Source: Azolla caroliniana
Taxonomy: Eukaryota > Plantae > Polypodiophyta
Reading direction: 5' to 3'
Assembly: GCA_043228905.1 (NCBI GenBank)
Contig: JBHGNT010000020.1
Coordinates: 6,386,001-6,450,000, forward strand
Length of the DNA stretch: 64,000 nt
Position numbers and translations under genes: made by a program. The notes under the pieces are model-generated. The model was not told where the DNA came from. It saw nothing but the letters and a program-made list of their open reading frames with translations, and made no database searches. Shown here piece by piece: positions 22,186-34,800 of the stretch; within the stretch, counting starts at the first letter, position 1, and each line of letters starts with the position of its first letter.

Positions 22186-23419
22186 CCGGAAGTTATGTGG
22201 AATGAACTCCCCAAGTTGTTTCTTAAATTCTGAGACAAGGGTAGCAGCACATGTCTCCTTATATACTTCCTTGATACGCTTAGTTACAAGTCCCTTGCCA
22301 ATATTTTCAGTCACATACTCTAAATATTTCCATTTCACGATATGACTATTTCCCAAATCAAGCTCCTTACATGTTCTTAATAGACATGTACGACGATGCC
22401 ACTCACATGATGGTTCTTTTTCACAAACACAAGACCTCCATAGCTTAGAAACGGATACATAAGTCATGTTTCGTGCATTACACCTATTATCCTCCCCATT
22501 TGGTCTACAAACCTCACAAGTGTAGACACATAATTCCCCGTGTATACCCTTAGAATCAGTACACATTGCATTCACGCCTAGCCTTAACATGTCCATCTTC
22601 ACGTGGTACACACAACAACATGTATTCCTCTCATTTAATTTTCTAACATAAAATGGTTTCAAACCTTGGAACTTACGGAATCCAACAGTCAAGCTTGGAT
22701 GTTGGTCTTTAAAGTTCATGTACAATTCAGCCTACATCAACCAATATATATAGCAAACATTAATATACACTTGGTCAAAACACAAATTTATGGAATGTGA
22801 ATTGATAAGGCATCGCATCGTCGTCTAGGTCCCAACCCCAGCCACTTGAATTGGCTTGAGTGTATATTTCGGCGATGTTTCTTCAAGTTCCTTCTTTGAA
22901 TATCCAGGGCTAAGGCAACTTTAGTATCACTATATTTTTTTTCTCTCGCACCGTTCACAACCATGTGTAGGGCTGCCCTCTTTGCCACAAGTTTGTCTAT
23001 GCTCTCTACACCTTTCACTAAGTCTAGGGATGACTTCATAGACTCTACAATCTCTTCTGAAACACATTGGTCCCTAAATTTTATTCTCTCCATGTCTTCA
23101 TTCAAACGTTGATGGTGTAACACTCTACATATAATATCCCTACGATCCTCTTCACTAAATCTCTTCGTTATTTCTACCAAATAACGGACTATGTGAAGAA
23201 CCACCCGTCTCTTGGTCCTTTTAGAAATACATGAGTTACTTGACAACTCACTCTCGTTGGGGACGCCCATTTGGTCACTAGATTTCTCCAAAAAAATTAA
23301 GTGTCCGGTGAGAGTAGTTAATGTTATATATAGACTACACTAAGAAAACATAGTCAAATGTTTTTAAATGTGGCCTGCAAAGTGAGAAATAATTCATTTC
23401 GAACATTAGAATTACGGAT

Positions 23420-23825
23420 AAAATATGACAATTGTAAAATCAAAAAATTTAGTACTGAAAAATGAAGAAATGAAAAATTTTAGTCCTGAAAATAAAAGAA
23501 TGGATGGAAGGAACTTCCAATGGTGGTGGGAGCGTTGATTCAGTGTGATATGCCGCCTCGATTTGATGGAAGGAACCTCCAATGGTGGAAGCACGACATA
23601 CAAATTTGACAATTGTAAAATCTAAAAATTTAGTACTGAAAAATGAAGAAATGAAAAATTTTAGTCCTGAAAATAAAAAATTGGATGCAAGGAACCTCCA
23701 ATGGTGGCGGGAGCGTTGATTCTGTGTGATATGCCGCCTCGATTTGCTGGAAAGAACCTCCAATGGTGGAGGGCGCCTTGAATCTTTGTGATATGCCGCT
23801 TGGATTTGGTGGAAGGATCCTTGCC
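23420..23825. repeat. ~180-bp tandem repeat with internal ggaaggaacctccaatggtgg subunits, upstream of or intronic to the Sola2-like transposase
   Basis: tgacaattgtaaaatc…tagtactgaaaatgaagaaatg occurs at ~23426 and ~23607. Confidence 0.85.
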
Positions 23826-24382
23826 TCGATGGAAAAAGCCCCAAATCACCACGACATAAACTACAATCGGTAGTTGTCGAAGAAGTCACTATTGGCTGTT
23901 ATAAGAGGCCTCAGAACATTCTCTGTTCCTCAACCTAAACCCTAACAAAAATAGAAACCCTAAAAAAACCAGAAATCCTTAACTCGAAAGCTCCAACCTG
24001 ACATGGATGTTTGAGATTTGCTCCCTAAAACCTAACAAAACTCTTAGATTGGAGGAAAAGCAAAAACGTGACATGGATGTCTGAGATGAAGAGTTCAGAG
24101 GGATAGAGGAAGAGGAGTATGAGGGGAACCGCCAAAAATGACGTGAGGGGAAGCGCCAAAATCGATGTGAGGGGAAAATAGCCCCCAAAATGGAAAGAAC
24201 ATCTCCTCACGTGTTCCCCCCACTCCTTGTAGTAAATGACACTTGTATTACAGTCACCCCACTCTCCAAAATCGATTTTTTTTTTCTAAATTATTGAGTA
24301 CTAATAGTATCAAAAGTATTGACAATTTTTGTGACAAAAAACAGTACTTTTCTGGTACACCATAGCGTGCTTCCACCCATTT

Positions 24383-27300
24383 ATGCGGAGTTGCGGAATT
24401 CGTGCTACAGCTTGCATTGTGCGTAGTTGCGAAGTCTGTGCTTTGGCTTGCATCTTTCTTCGTGGCTTTGCGCGGTAGATTGGCTCTTCGTGGCTTCGTT
24501 GTGTGGTTGCGTAATCCATGCGTTCTTGCGTAGTGTGCGCGGCTTACAGAATCCACGCGTTATTGCTTAATGTCTTTAGCACTCCCCCTCAAGCTTGGCA
24601 AGTCAGGGACCGTCAATCCGAGATCGGTCATGAATTGCCATAGCTTGTCGGCTCCTAAGGCTTTAGTGAAGATGTTGGCCGTTTGAAGACTTGTGCTAAT
24701 GTGTTGTAGGTCAACATCGCTAGCTAGAACGCGCTCTTGGATGAAGTGATAGTGCACTTCGATGTGCTTTGTCCGCGCGTGGAATACCCGGTTCTGAGCC
24801 AGATAGATACTGCTCATGTTGTCGTAGTAAAGGGAAGTCGGATCCTTGATGGGTACACCCAGATCCTTGAGTATCCTTTTGAGCCATACGACTTCACATG
24901 TGGCTACGGCTGCGCCCCTGTATTCCGCCTCCGTAATCGAAAGAGTGACGATAGGCTGCTTCTTGCTACTCCAGGATATTGATCCGCTGCCGAGGGAGAA
25001 AACAAATCCGGAGGTTGATCTTCTATCGGCTTTGTAGTCGGCCCAATCGGCGTCTGTGTACCCCTCGAGTCGTATTGGCATCGCGGTCTTGTAGAGGATG
25101 CCGCAATCCATTGTGCCACTCACGTATCGTAGAACTCACTTAGCGCAATCCAAGTGAGTATCACGCGGTGTTTGCATGAATTGGCTAAGGAGACCGACCG
25201 GATAACTAAGATCGGGTCGAGTGATCGTGAGGTAGATGAGACTCCCGATGAGTTGCCGATACTGAGTCGGCTCACACGCTTTGGTGCCAGAGTTTGCATC
25301 AAGTTTGAGATTGCGATCGAGTGGGGTTGTCGCGGATTTGCACTCAGCCATCCCAAACTTGTATAGCAAGTTGAGGATGTAGTGCTGTTGAGAGATCATG
25401 ATTTCGGCTGGAGTCCAAATTACCTTGATGCCGAAGAAATAGTGGAGCTCCTTCATGTCCGTCATCTTGAACTTGTTGGAAAGGAGGGATTTGACCTTAT
25501 TGATTTCGACGAGATGCTCACCTCCAATGACTAGGTCATCCACATATAAGATGATGACGATTGGACTTGCGGAATCGCTTCGTATGTAGAGGGAGTTGTC
25601 CGATTTTGACATACGGAAGCCGATTTGATGAAGATATTGCGTTATCTTCGAATGCCAAGCACGCGGTGCTTGCTTGAGGCCGTAGAGTGGCTTCTTGAGT
25701 CGGCACACAGCTTTTGGATGGGTGCTTGAGTTGAAGCCGGGTGGTTGTATCATGCACACCTCCTCTTCCAATTCGCCTTGTAGAAAGGCGTTCTTGACAT
25801 CCATTTGATGGAGGTGCCACCCTTTCGCTGCGGCAAGCGCAATTACGGTCCATACCGTCATCATCTTTGCCACCGGGGCAAAGATCTCCTCATAGTCAAC
25901 TCCGTGCGTTTGGGTGTAGCCTTTCGCTACGAGTCACGCTTTGTAGCGGTTGACGAAACCGTCGGCATTGTACTTCACTTTGTAAATCCATCTGCATCTG
26001 ATCTCCTTTTTGTGTGGTGAGGTGGGAACGAGATCCCACGTCTCGTTCTTCCATAGTGCTTGCATCTCCTTGTTCATTGCTTCGATCCATCACGGCTTCG
26101 GAAAAGGTTTCTGGCTCCCGTACTATCGCTACCTTCATCATAAAGGCGTAATGGTACGCCATATACTCATTGTAGCCGAATCGGCTTACGGGGTTCTTTT
26201 CACGGGTGGATCGACGAAGCTTTTCATTTGCAGATATGAGGGCTTTCTTAGCTCTGATTGGTACCTTGAAACCGCCGAACTCACTGTCGAGTGAGTGAGT
26301 CGACTCATCGTCGTCGAAGTGATCGTTAGCGTATTCCGCCATTTTCGCCTTGCCTTTGTCCATCTTCGGGCTAGGCTATGATGTGCTTTGATCGCTCAAA
26401 GGCTCTTGTGGTCCGCTTAGTCGGGTCGTGATCAGACTTTCTTCGAACATGCACATAAGGCGATCTTCATCCTCTATCTCTTGTTCGGCGGATTTCGGGT
26501 CCAGCGGAGTCGGAGTTGAAGTTGTCTCTAGTGCGTACCAGTATGTGGACTCGTCAAAAACGACGTCTCGACTTACTCGAGATTTTCGAATTGAGGGGTT
26601 GTAGCACTTGTACCCCTTTTGCTCCATTGAGTATCCTACGAGGATACATTTCTCCGACTTCGGGTCAAGATTTTGACGCTTCTCGTCGGGGATGTGCACG
26701 TACGCTATCACGCCGAATATCCGGATGTGCGATAAGTCCGGCTTCTTTCCGAAGTATTTTTCGTGCGGGGTGACCTCGTGCACGCCGGATGTTGTGCACC
26801 AGTTCATTAGGTAGACAACCGTATTTGTAGCTTCGGCCCAATATGACTTGGGCATATGCTTCTCGTTCATCATGGCCCGCACTACTTCGAGGATGTGCCG
26901 ATTTTTGCGCTCGGCTACTCCGCTTTGTTGCGGAGTGTGTCAGCAAGTGAATTCTCGCCGAATTCCTTCCTTTCGGAGATACGCCGTGAAATCGTCCGAG
27001 AAGTACTCCTTGCCGCCATCCGATCGAAGACAACGTACATGTCGGCCCGTGGCTTTCTTGACTTCATTCTTGAATATTTGGAAGTGTCCGAACACTTCGC
27101 TCTTTTGCTGCACGGAACATTGCCGATGTGCCGAATCGGGTGCGTAGTGTCATATCCGGTTACGACATAACTGGGTCTCTCCGGCTCTCGAAGTTTGAGA
27201 AACCATTCTTTGTGGTATGTCATATGGTTTGAGGCTCTGGAGTCAACAAACCATACGTCCTCCGGATTGAGGGCACGAATTGAGGTAGAGGCCGACATAG

Positions 27301-28764
27301 AGTTTGCTCTATGTTTCATCATGAACATTCCGCCACGGTCGGAGTTGTATGTGTACATTTTGCCACGATCCTCGTAGTCGGAGTTGTGCCCGTACATTCT
27401 GCTATACTCTTTGTAGTCAGAATTGTGCGCGTAATTCGTGAGTTGTCGGCTTGTGGAAGCCGATTCACACATCTTCTTTCGGCACTCTTCTTCGTGGTGG
27501 CCGAGCTTTCCGCAATATCTGCATTCGGTTGCATTTTGACGGCTTGGGCCGGAGTAGAAGCTCCCCCTTCTTGCGAAGGTTCCTCGTTGGCTTCTGTTTT
27601 GCGGCCGAAATTGGGAGTTGTTATCGTAGGTCGGACCTCGTCCGCCTTGTCCTTTGCCGAATCGGCCTTTCGGCCGTCCGCATCCTCTTCCTCCGTTCGA
27701 GTGTGTGTAGAGCATGTGTCCTTCCGACTCATTTCTCCTTGTACGCATGTGGTTTTCTTCGACCAATAGCATTGATTGGAGCTCGAAGAAGGAGGGAGAT
27801 TTCTCCCATGCTAGAACGGCGGTTCGCATTGTGCCGAACTGTGGTGCGAGGCCACCAAGGCATATTTGAACCATCTCATCATCATCGATATTTACGCTTA
27901 TTGAGCCGAGCGAATTGCAAAGCTCCTTGACCTTCGAGGTGTGTGTCGTGATGGACATGTCCCTTTGTTGAATGTTGTTCACCTCTTGGCGGAGTTGAAG
28001 CCTTCTTGTGGTTGTGTTCGCCGAGCATGTGATCGTGAACACATGTCGCCAAGAAATACATCACGCGGCTTGCGGCTTGCTCCCATGTCGCGTATCCGGG
28101 AGCTGCTTCGGCGGGTCGGTCTTCATGTGCTCCTTTGATGTAGCTCCAATAGCCTTGTCCGACAAGGTATTGGTGCATCTTGTACTCCCAAGATGCGAAG
28201 TTGTTTCGATCCAACTTCTTGGTAGGGAGAGCGCTCCCTATTTGAGTATTCATTATGTCGTTTCTTCTTCTCTCTGCGAATGCGAGCTAAGTAGCGAAGC
28301 TACGATAGCGATGAGCCGGTTCTTGGTCGTCGGCGTGGAGCACAACACATGATCACGATGAGGCGAATGGGCTAGATCGAGCTACCAAATCGCTCTGATA
28401 CCATGTAAGGAATCATATATGATTCTTGTGAAGCGGAAGAGATGTGAGTTATGTGTGTGTGTATGAGAGAGAGAGAGAGCACGCAAGGTAAAAGTATATT
28501 AACAAAGGAGAAAGACTCAACGTAATACAAGGTAGGAGGAGGGTGCTTTATATAGTCACCCTCTCTCTTCATTAACTACAAGACTCATGGAGCATGGGGA
28601 ATGTGAAAGCTCATAAGTTATGTGTGATAGAATATGATTCTATGACTCATACTAAATGCTAGAATACAAAGAGGTGACATAATGGTGACTCTTGACCGTT
28701 GGAGTGTCTATTCACTCTCAAGGTGAGTTAACACACTAGACCAAGTTGAGCTTTATTCTCAACA
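24383..28764 (-). mobile_element. Degenerate Ty1/copia element (gag-PR-INT-RT-RNaseH with frameshifts); 5' LTR 28404-28764, 3' end displaced to 1687-1905
   Basis: PBS TGGTATCAGAGC; gag MNTQIGSALPTKKLDRNNF; zinc knuckle CRYCGKLGHHEEEC; RT QMDVKNAFL and YVDD; RNaseH HARTKHIEVHYHF. Confidence 0.93.
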
Positions 28765-31700
28765 CAAGCCATAGAGATTTTTCTTCAGTCGACATACAAG
28801 GTGACTTTCCTCCCCCCTCACCGTAAAGCCTGCCGGTTGAGACATGTAGATATCTTCTTGCAGATCTCGGTGTAGGAATGCCATCTTTACATCTAGCTCC
28901 TCTAGCTCTAGGTCTTCGGTCGCCGCAACTCCTAGTAAGAGTGGGAGGGTGGTCATCTTGACTACTGGTGAGAATATCTCGTCGTAGTCGACCCCATGTG
29001 CTTGTTTCAACCCTTTCGTGACAATCCGAGCTTTGTACTTGGGTTTCTCTGAGTCAGATACATATTTGTATCGGAAAACCCATTTGCAAGGTAGCGGCTT
29101 TCTTGCAGCTGGTAGTTCGACCAACTCTGATGACCGATTCTTGTGAATCGACTCCAATTTTGATTTCATGGCTTGGAGCCATGTTTCAGCGTCTGTTGCG
29201 GTCATAGCTTCTTCATGAGTGCTTGGTTCGCATGCATCGTTGTAGTTGACGTAGTCGAGGCTTGGTTGAGAAAACTTTGTTCGCCTTCGAGCTCGTCCAG
29301 ATCTCCTGGGCGCCTTCGGCCGATCGGTATTTGTTGAACCATTTGTGTCAAGAGTCTTGTTAGGTTACCCTCCCCCAAGTCAGGATTTCGGTGGTGTCAA
29401 GTTGTCCTCCCCTATGGACTTTGTTGACTCGGTTCTGTTTCATACTCGCATCTTGTTGACTTTTCCTTCTTCGACTCTTGTCGAATCGGCTCTGTTTTTT
29501 ATGGATTTGTCTTCAAGTTCGACTATTGGACCTATTGTTGATTCCGAGTTGGCAGGTATATTCATGTCTTGTTCGAGTTCGACGGTTTGTCGAATCTCTG
29601 ATTCAATAGGGTGGGATGGTCCTTCTATGACATCTCTATCGACTTCGAAGGATACCTTTTTACCCACTATTTTCTGCTGGCTCTACTGAGAGAAGATAGA
29701 GCCTTCATTGAAGACTTCATCACTGCTCCGGATTAGTTTCCGGTTCTCAAGGTCCCATAGCCAGTAGCCAAAATCCCCATCAGTTCCATAACGGAGAAAT
29801 ATGCATTTTGCTGCATGGGGTGCCAACTTGGTCCTTTTCTCCCTGGGGATGAACGCGTAGGCTTCGCATCTGAATATACAGAGCCTATTGTAGGCCAGTT
29901 GTTTGCCTAACCATAGTGCCTGTGGCACTTCGAGCTTGGTTGCCTTCGATGGTGATAGATTTACCAAGTATACTACCGTCTCCAATGCTTCAACCCAGAA
30001 CTCCAGCTTCAATCCAGCTTGTTGGAGCATGTTGTTCGCCGGAATGGTAACCACTGGACCTAACACTTAAACGAATTGAATATATTATTAGAAGCATTAA
30101 AGAAATGTATGTAACGGTTCACACAAGGAGCTAACAAACTAAAAGCCCTGTGTATATAAAGGGTAGAAATCCTCTGTAAAAGGGAGCTTGTATTTTGAGA
30201 GCTACCTTCTGTAATACAATACTATCTTCTCTGATTTCCTTGTCTATGCATGTCGTCTACTGATTCGGTGTAGTACTTTGTTGGTAACTGTGGGCTAGTA
30301 AGCGTAGGGTAAGTGTGTGTATGAGATCACGCACTCGTGAGTTTTGGTTGTAGCCGTCTCCCTTCACGCACATACGGATCTATTCCTTGCACCGCAATAA
30401 GCTTGAAGTCTACCTCGAAGGACTCAGAGTAGATAGTGTTCCTAATTGGTAACACTTTTGGCACGCCGGGTGGGTTTGTGGTTCAGCACAGACAAGCAGC
30501 AAGGTATGGATGACTAGCCCTAGACGAGCCAGAGAACCGACCTGACAAGATCGACCACTGACGAGGTCTATCACTCGCCAGACAGAAGAGCATGCTAAGC
30601 GAAAACTTCGCCTTAGCAACCACGACTGCTCCTTTTAGGAGTACACGGTAGACCCCACGCTCATAGAACAACGTGACATCGACCACGAAGCCCTGTCGCC
30701 ACATGACCAAGGTAGTACGCTTAAACGCCACAATAGTCCACATCGCGAAAGTAGGAGTCTTCCCCTACCAATCGTCACCACAACGTTTGGAATGGCTTTT
30801 TCATACCCCCGCTTACACGGAGAAACTGAGACTGCTAGCCACATCCGGCTATTCCTCAATGTTTGGAATGCTAATCATATGGCGCAACGGTTTCTAGACA
30901 TAGAAGCTCACGCTTCGAAGATCGCTGAGTTCAGGTTAACTTTGGACGGTCGGGCTACGTGTTGGCATTCCCAAATGGATTTGGCAGCAATCACAACCTT
31001 CGACCAACTGCAATCGACGTTCTTGCATTTTTTTCATCAGAGGGTGCACAACGTGAAATAATCGAGCAGTTCTATACCATCAAGCAACTTCCAACAGAAT
31101 CCATAGTGGATTTCAGTCTACGTTTCCAGAGTCTATGACGGAACCTTACATGGGCCCCAACAGACCAAAAGGCAAAGGAAACATTCTTGGCAGCTCTAAG
31201 ACGGCCTATCCGGACGATGCTGAACATGCACAGTGTGAAAGGGGAGACAACTGACATGGTCATTAAGCGAGCATTACAACTCGAACTAGAGGAAGAAGAT
31301 GAGGGACTGTCCATGGCATCGCTACGGCAGGCGTTGCCTTAGGAATAGGAACATCGATTTTTCTAGGCCATTGAGTGTACGATTTGTTTAAACTCTAGAC
31401 ATTCCGCGGTCGAATGTAACATGCGAATACATTGCCCCATTTGCCATTCATGGGCACACACGGTGGACCAATGCAAGTATAATATGCCAAACAGGCCCAC
31501 ACCCATAGTACAGCGTATGGAGCCACAACAACAATCTCGCAGGAATGATTCAGGATGGTAGGAGGAATGTCCCTGGTATACAAACCAGAATTAGCGCATG
31601 GAGCGCCAGTATTGTAAAAACCGTAACACCGACCCGTACTCTGATGAAGAAGATCAGGAAGAGGAAGAATACCAGAGTACCAACCATTACAATCGGGGGG

Positions 31701-31858
31701 GGAGGGGGTGTTGTTACGACAATCGAAGACCTAGAAACAATCGCCGAGGATTCAACAGGGCTCGTCCAAACGGAAACAATCATCACCATAAGGACCAGCG
31801 CCGTTATGACAAAAGTTCAGACGAAGACTGGCGTCAAGAGCCACGCCAAGAATACCGT

Positions 31859-34800
31859 TGTCGTGAAGATTTTCGGCAACAGTGTGAAAATCGCGTGGAA
31901 CGAGGGAAATCGAGAAGGTGCAATGTGCACACGTATGTTAACACATTAATGTGCACGTGTGATGCGTGTTTAGGTGTTCATTACAAAAATATATAAAATA
32001 AGCCTAACGCATACACTGAGGTGCAAGTAAGGGTTTGAACCTTACACCTCTAAGATAGGAGGCATTTGACATACCATTAGACTAGGTTGTTTCCTTTAAT
32101 ATAAACTTGTTTTCTTCATTATACTTTTCACACAAACTGCTGGTACATGAGAGCTTGGATGAGGTACATGGTCATCATGCATCGCATGTGATGCATGAGC
32201 GCCAAATGGCAATCATGCATTGTATGCATGTACTACACCCTCACATGCACATATGCATGGGGGCATCTATATAAGAAGGAGAGGAAGGGAAGGCAAAGGA
32301 AGCATTGTATAGAATCAATAACAATAATAATAAATCTTAGTGATCTCATTGGTAATGTGTCTTGTCCCTCAATTTCGAAGTCAAAGGTTCAAACCGGGAA
32401 TTGGAATTCTCGTTCGTATCTATCTATCTTTAATATTTTCTCGTTTGTGCTAGTCCTTCCGGTCCAGAACACTGACAGTTCCGCTTCATTGTCTTCAATG
32501 ATCCTTTAGATCCTCCATCTCCACTTGCGGATAGAGGCCGGTGCTTGTCTGTGCACGTGTAACACGCACATCTCGACGTTTGGCACATGCGTCACGTGCT
32601 TCATGACATCTTTGTGGTGCGGTAAATATTTTGTCAATATCACATACACACACTCTCCCTCCCTCTCTCTCTCTTTCAGTCAACCCACACAGGCATGTTC
32701 AACAACAAGAATGACCTGATTGTAAACCTAAACGACGGTCAATTCCTTACAAGCACAAGTCACCCGATTCATCCTCCTTGGTCAAAGACCCCGGTGGTCC
32801 CGTCCGACCGACCCGCAGGCGCAGATTTCCGCGACATAGATTTGGTGAACTTGACGTGAAGAACGACAAGGGATCATGGACGAAACTTCTAGTGCTAGAG
32901 ACTGTAATGATAGTCTAGCACAAGCAATGGCGAGGATGATGGGCCAGATGCTTTAGGAGAGAGACAATGTCGTAGGCCTTGACGTTGCCATCAATAGGAT
33001 CATGGATACCAATGGATGCTTTGACGGTAGAGATGTGACACGATACCTTGAAACCTACAAAACAGAAATGCAGAAAAAGGGTATTCCTACGGCAAGACAA
33101 GTGACAAGCTTCTCAAGGATTGTAACTTCAAGTCTTTATTCCCGGGTCCTAGAGCTATAAGAGACCAATCTTGAACGGTCATCTTTCGAACGAAGTTTAC
33201 TTGAAGAATATGGGTTTGGTGACTCATCTCGAATGACGAAGAAAGATTTAATGGACTGGATGGAGTCTTCTAACAAATAGTTGAGTGCGAGCGCGACGTT
33301 CCACGAGTTCGAGCAAAGATTTGATCATCTTCCTACACTTGACAAAATGATTCTCGATTCCAGCAAGGTGCTCCGAGAAAACGATGAAGAGATCTTGGAC
33401 TAATACTAGAAAACGATGAAGGCCTCATTTCTAATTGGGCAACAATGAAGAGAGCATGTGGATGTTTTGATAAGCATCGACAATGGGACAATGAAACAAG
33501 ATTGAGTGTTACAACTCAGATTGGCCGACAAGCTCACAACGCGAGACAAGAACCACAAGCCCAAAGACTGAGGGATGATGAACTGGCTCAGCTCAGCCCA
33601 CAGATGGAGCCAAAATGGATGAACTTGTAGACATGCTTCGAGAGATGAGAATTTCTCAAATTAGAAAGAAGGAAACTCAATGTTTTCCGGGTCATCGCTT
33701 GGACTTTCCCCGCAGGTGTATTTGGTGTGACTCCTTGGAACACTAGTAGAGAGATTGCTCAGAATTCCAAAATGCCCTTCGATGAGATATCATTTATCTC
33801 TCCAACAATCGGATTCACTCCTCGGTGACACAACGTCCTCTCAATACCAACTTCGGTCGAGGAGGTATGAAGAAGTTGATGGAGGAAATGGAAGAGAACA
33901 AAGTGAATAGTGTTTACTATTCCTCATTTGCTGGAATTCGAGTTGGACATGAGATGAGAGCCCAAGAATCTCAAGTAGGAGCCAATCATATTGAATCAAG
34001 TCGGAAAAGGGAAGCTCTGCATGAACGAGGCACTCAAAGCAGAACGAAGAGTCCAAGAAATGACGGGATGAGAGGACCCTGTGGAGGAGAAGTCTAGCTT
34101 CGTCGAGGTCATGTGTCAAAACTACGACGTCCTAGTTGAAGAGAAATGAAAAAGACCAGATGATCAATCAGGCCCTTCAAAGAAACATGACACAAGAGAA
34201 GCTGTTTGAAGAAGGGAGGAGTCATCACCGCCCCAAACGATAGCCGAAAGAAGGAAGGAAAGAATCAGATTAGCGTTCAAACTATGCTCGGAGATAGAGC
34301 AATCCACCAACCTTAAGCGTGTGATGGAAGAAAGAATCCTGGATAGCTGAATCGAGTTCACACTATGAGAGGTCTTAGGAATTGCAAAGAAAGAATTTCA
34401 TGATGTCATCATTGACTTAATAAAAAGGAAGAGACTAACGATAAGTGAAGAAGGGACGAGACCGGCAAATGTCTCGACGAGAGCTATCACAACGGAAGGT
34501 CTTGAAATTGAACAAGAATTTGTCGATAGCCATTTTGCAAGGCCACATTGAGCTAGGGCTACTACCGAGACACCGGTGTGGATGGGAGATTTGAAAGATT
34601 CGGTGGTGGTGCTCATTTATCATGGCTCGGAGATCAACCTCATGTCTCTTGACTTCTATCGAAAGGGTCGCTCGCCCATTAATACTCGGCATAGGTGGAA
34701 GATTCGAGCGGCAACTAGGGCGACGGAATCAACACTTTTTTGTACAGGAATCGGTGTCACATCCTGTCATTCTTGGCGAGCCTTACATAACAACATCCCG

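Larger units (their letters stand above)
16760..23291 (-). pseudogene. Spliced Sola2-like DDD transposase of the outer element; disrupted by stops, an LTR insertion and an apparent 3' truncation
   Basis: FQGLKPFYV…RNTCCCVYH (22190-22725) continues across the CCGG TSD into IIDFAKNY…QSMHW…HWVWSDGVASQFKAA* (~18811-19188). After an intron it reads WNYFGSGHGKGEHDGAG (~16935-16990). Confidence 0.82.
1910..24378. mobile_element. Large Sola2-like DNA transposon (outer element; ~10.4 kb without its two nested inserts)
   Basis: TIRs GGGTTGAAGCATGCTACGGTGTACCA (1910-1935) and the inverted copy at 24353-24378 match 23/26. 4-bp TSD ATTT at 1906-1909 and 24379-24382. It splits a copia 3' UTR and contains a DFAxNY/WSDG/HGKGxxDG transposase. 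Confidence 0.88.
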
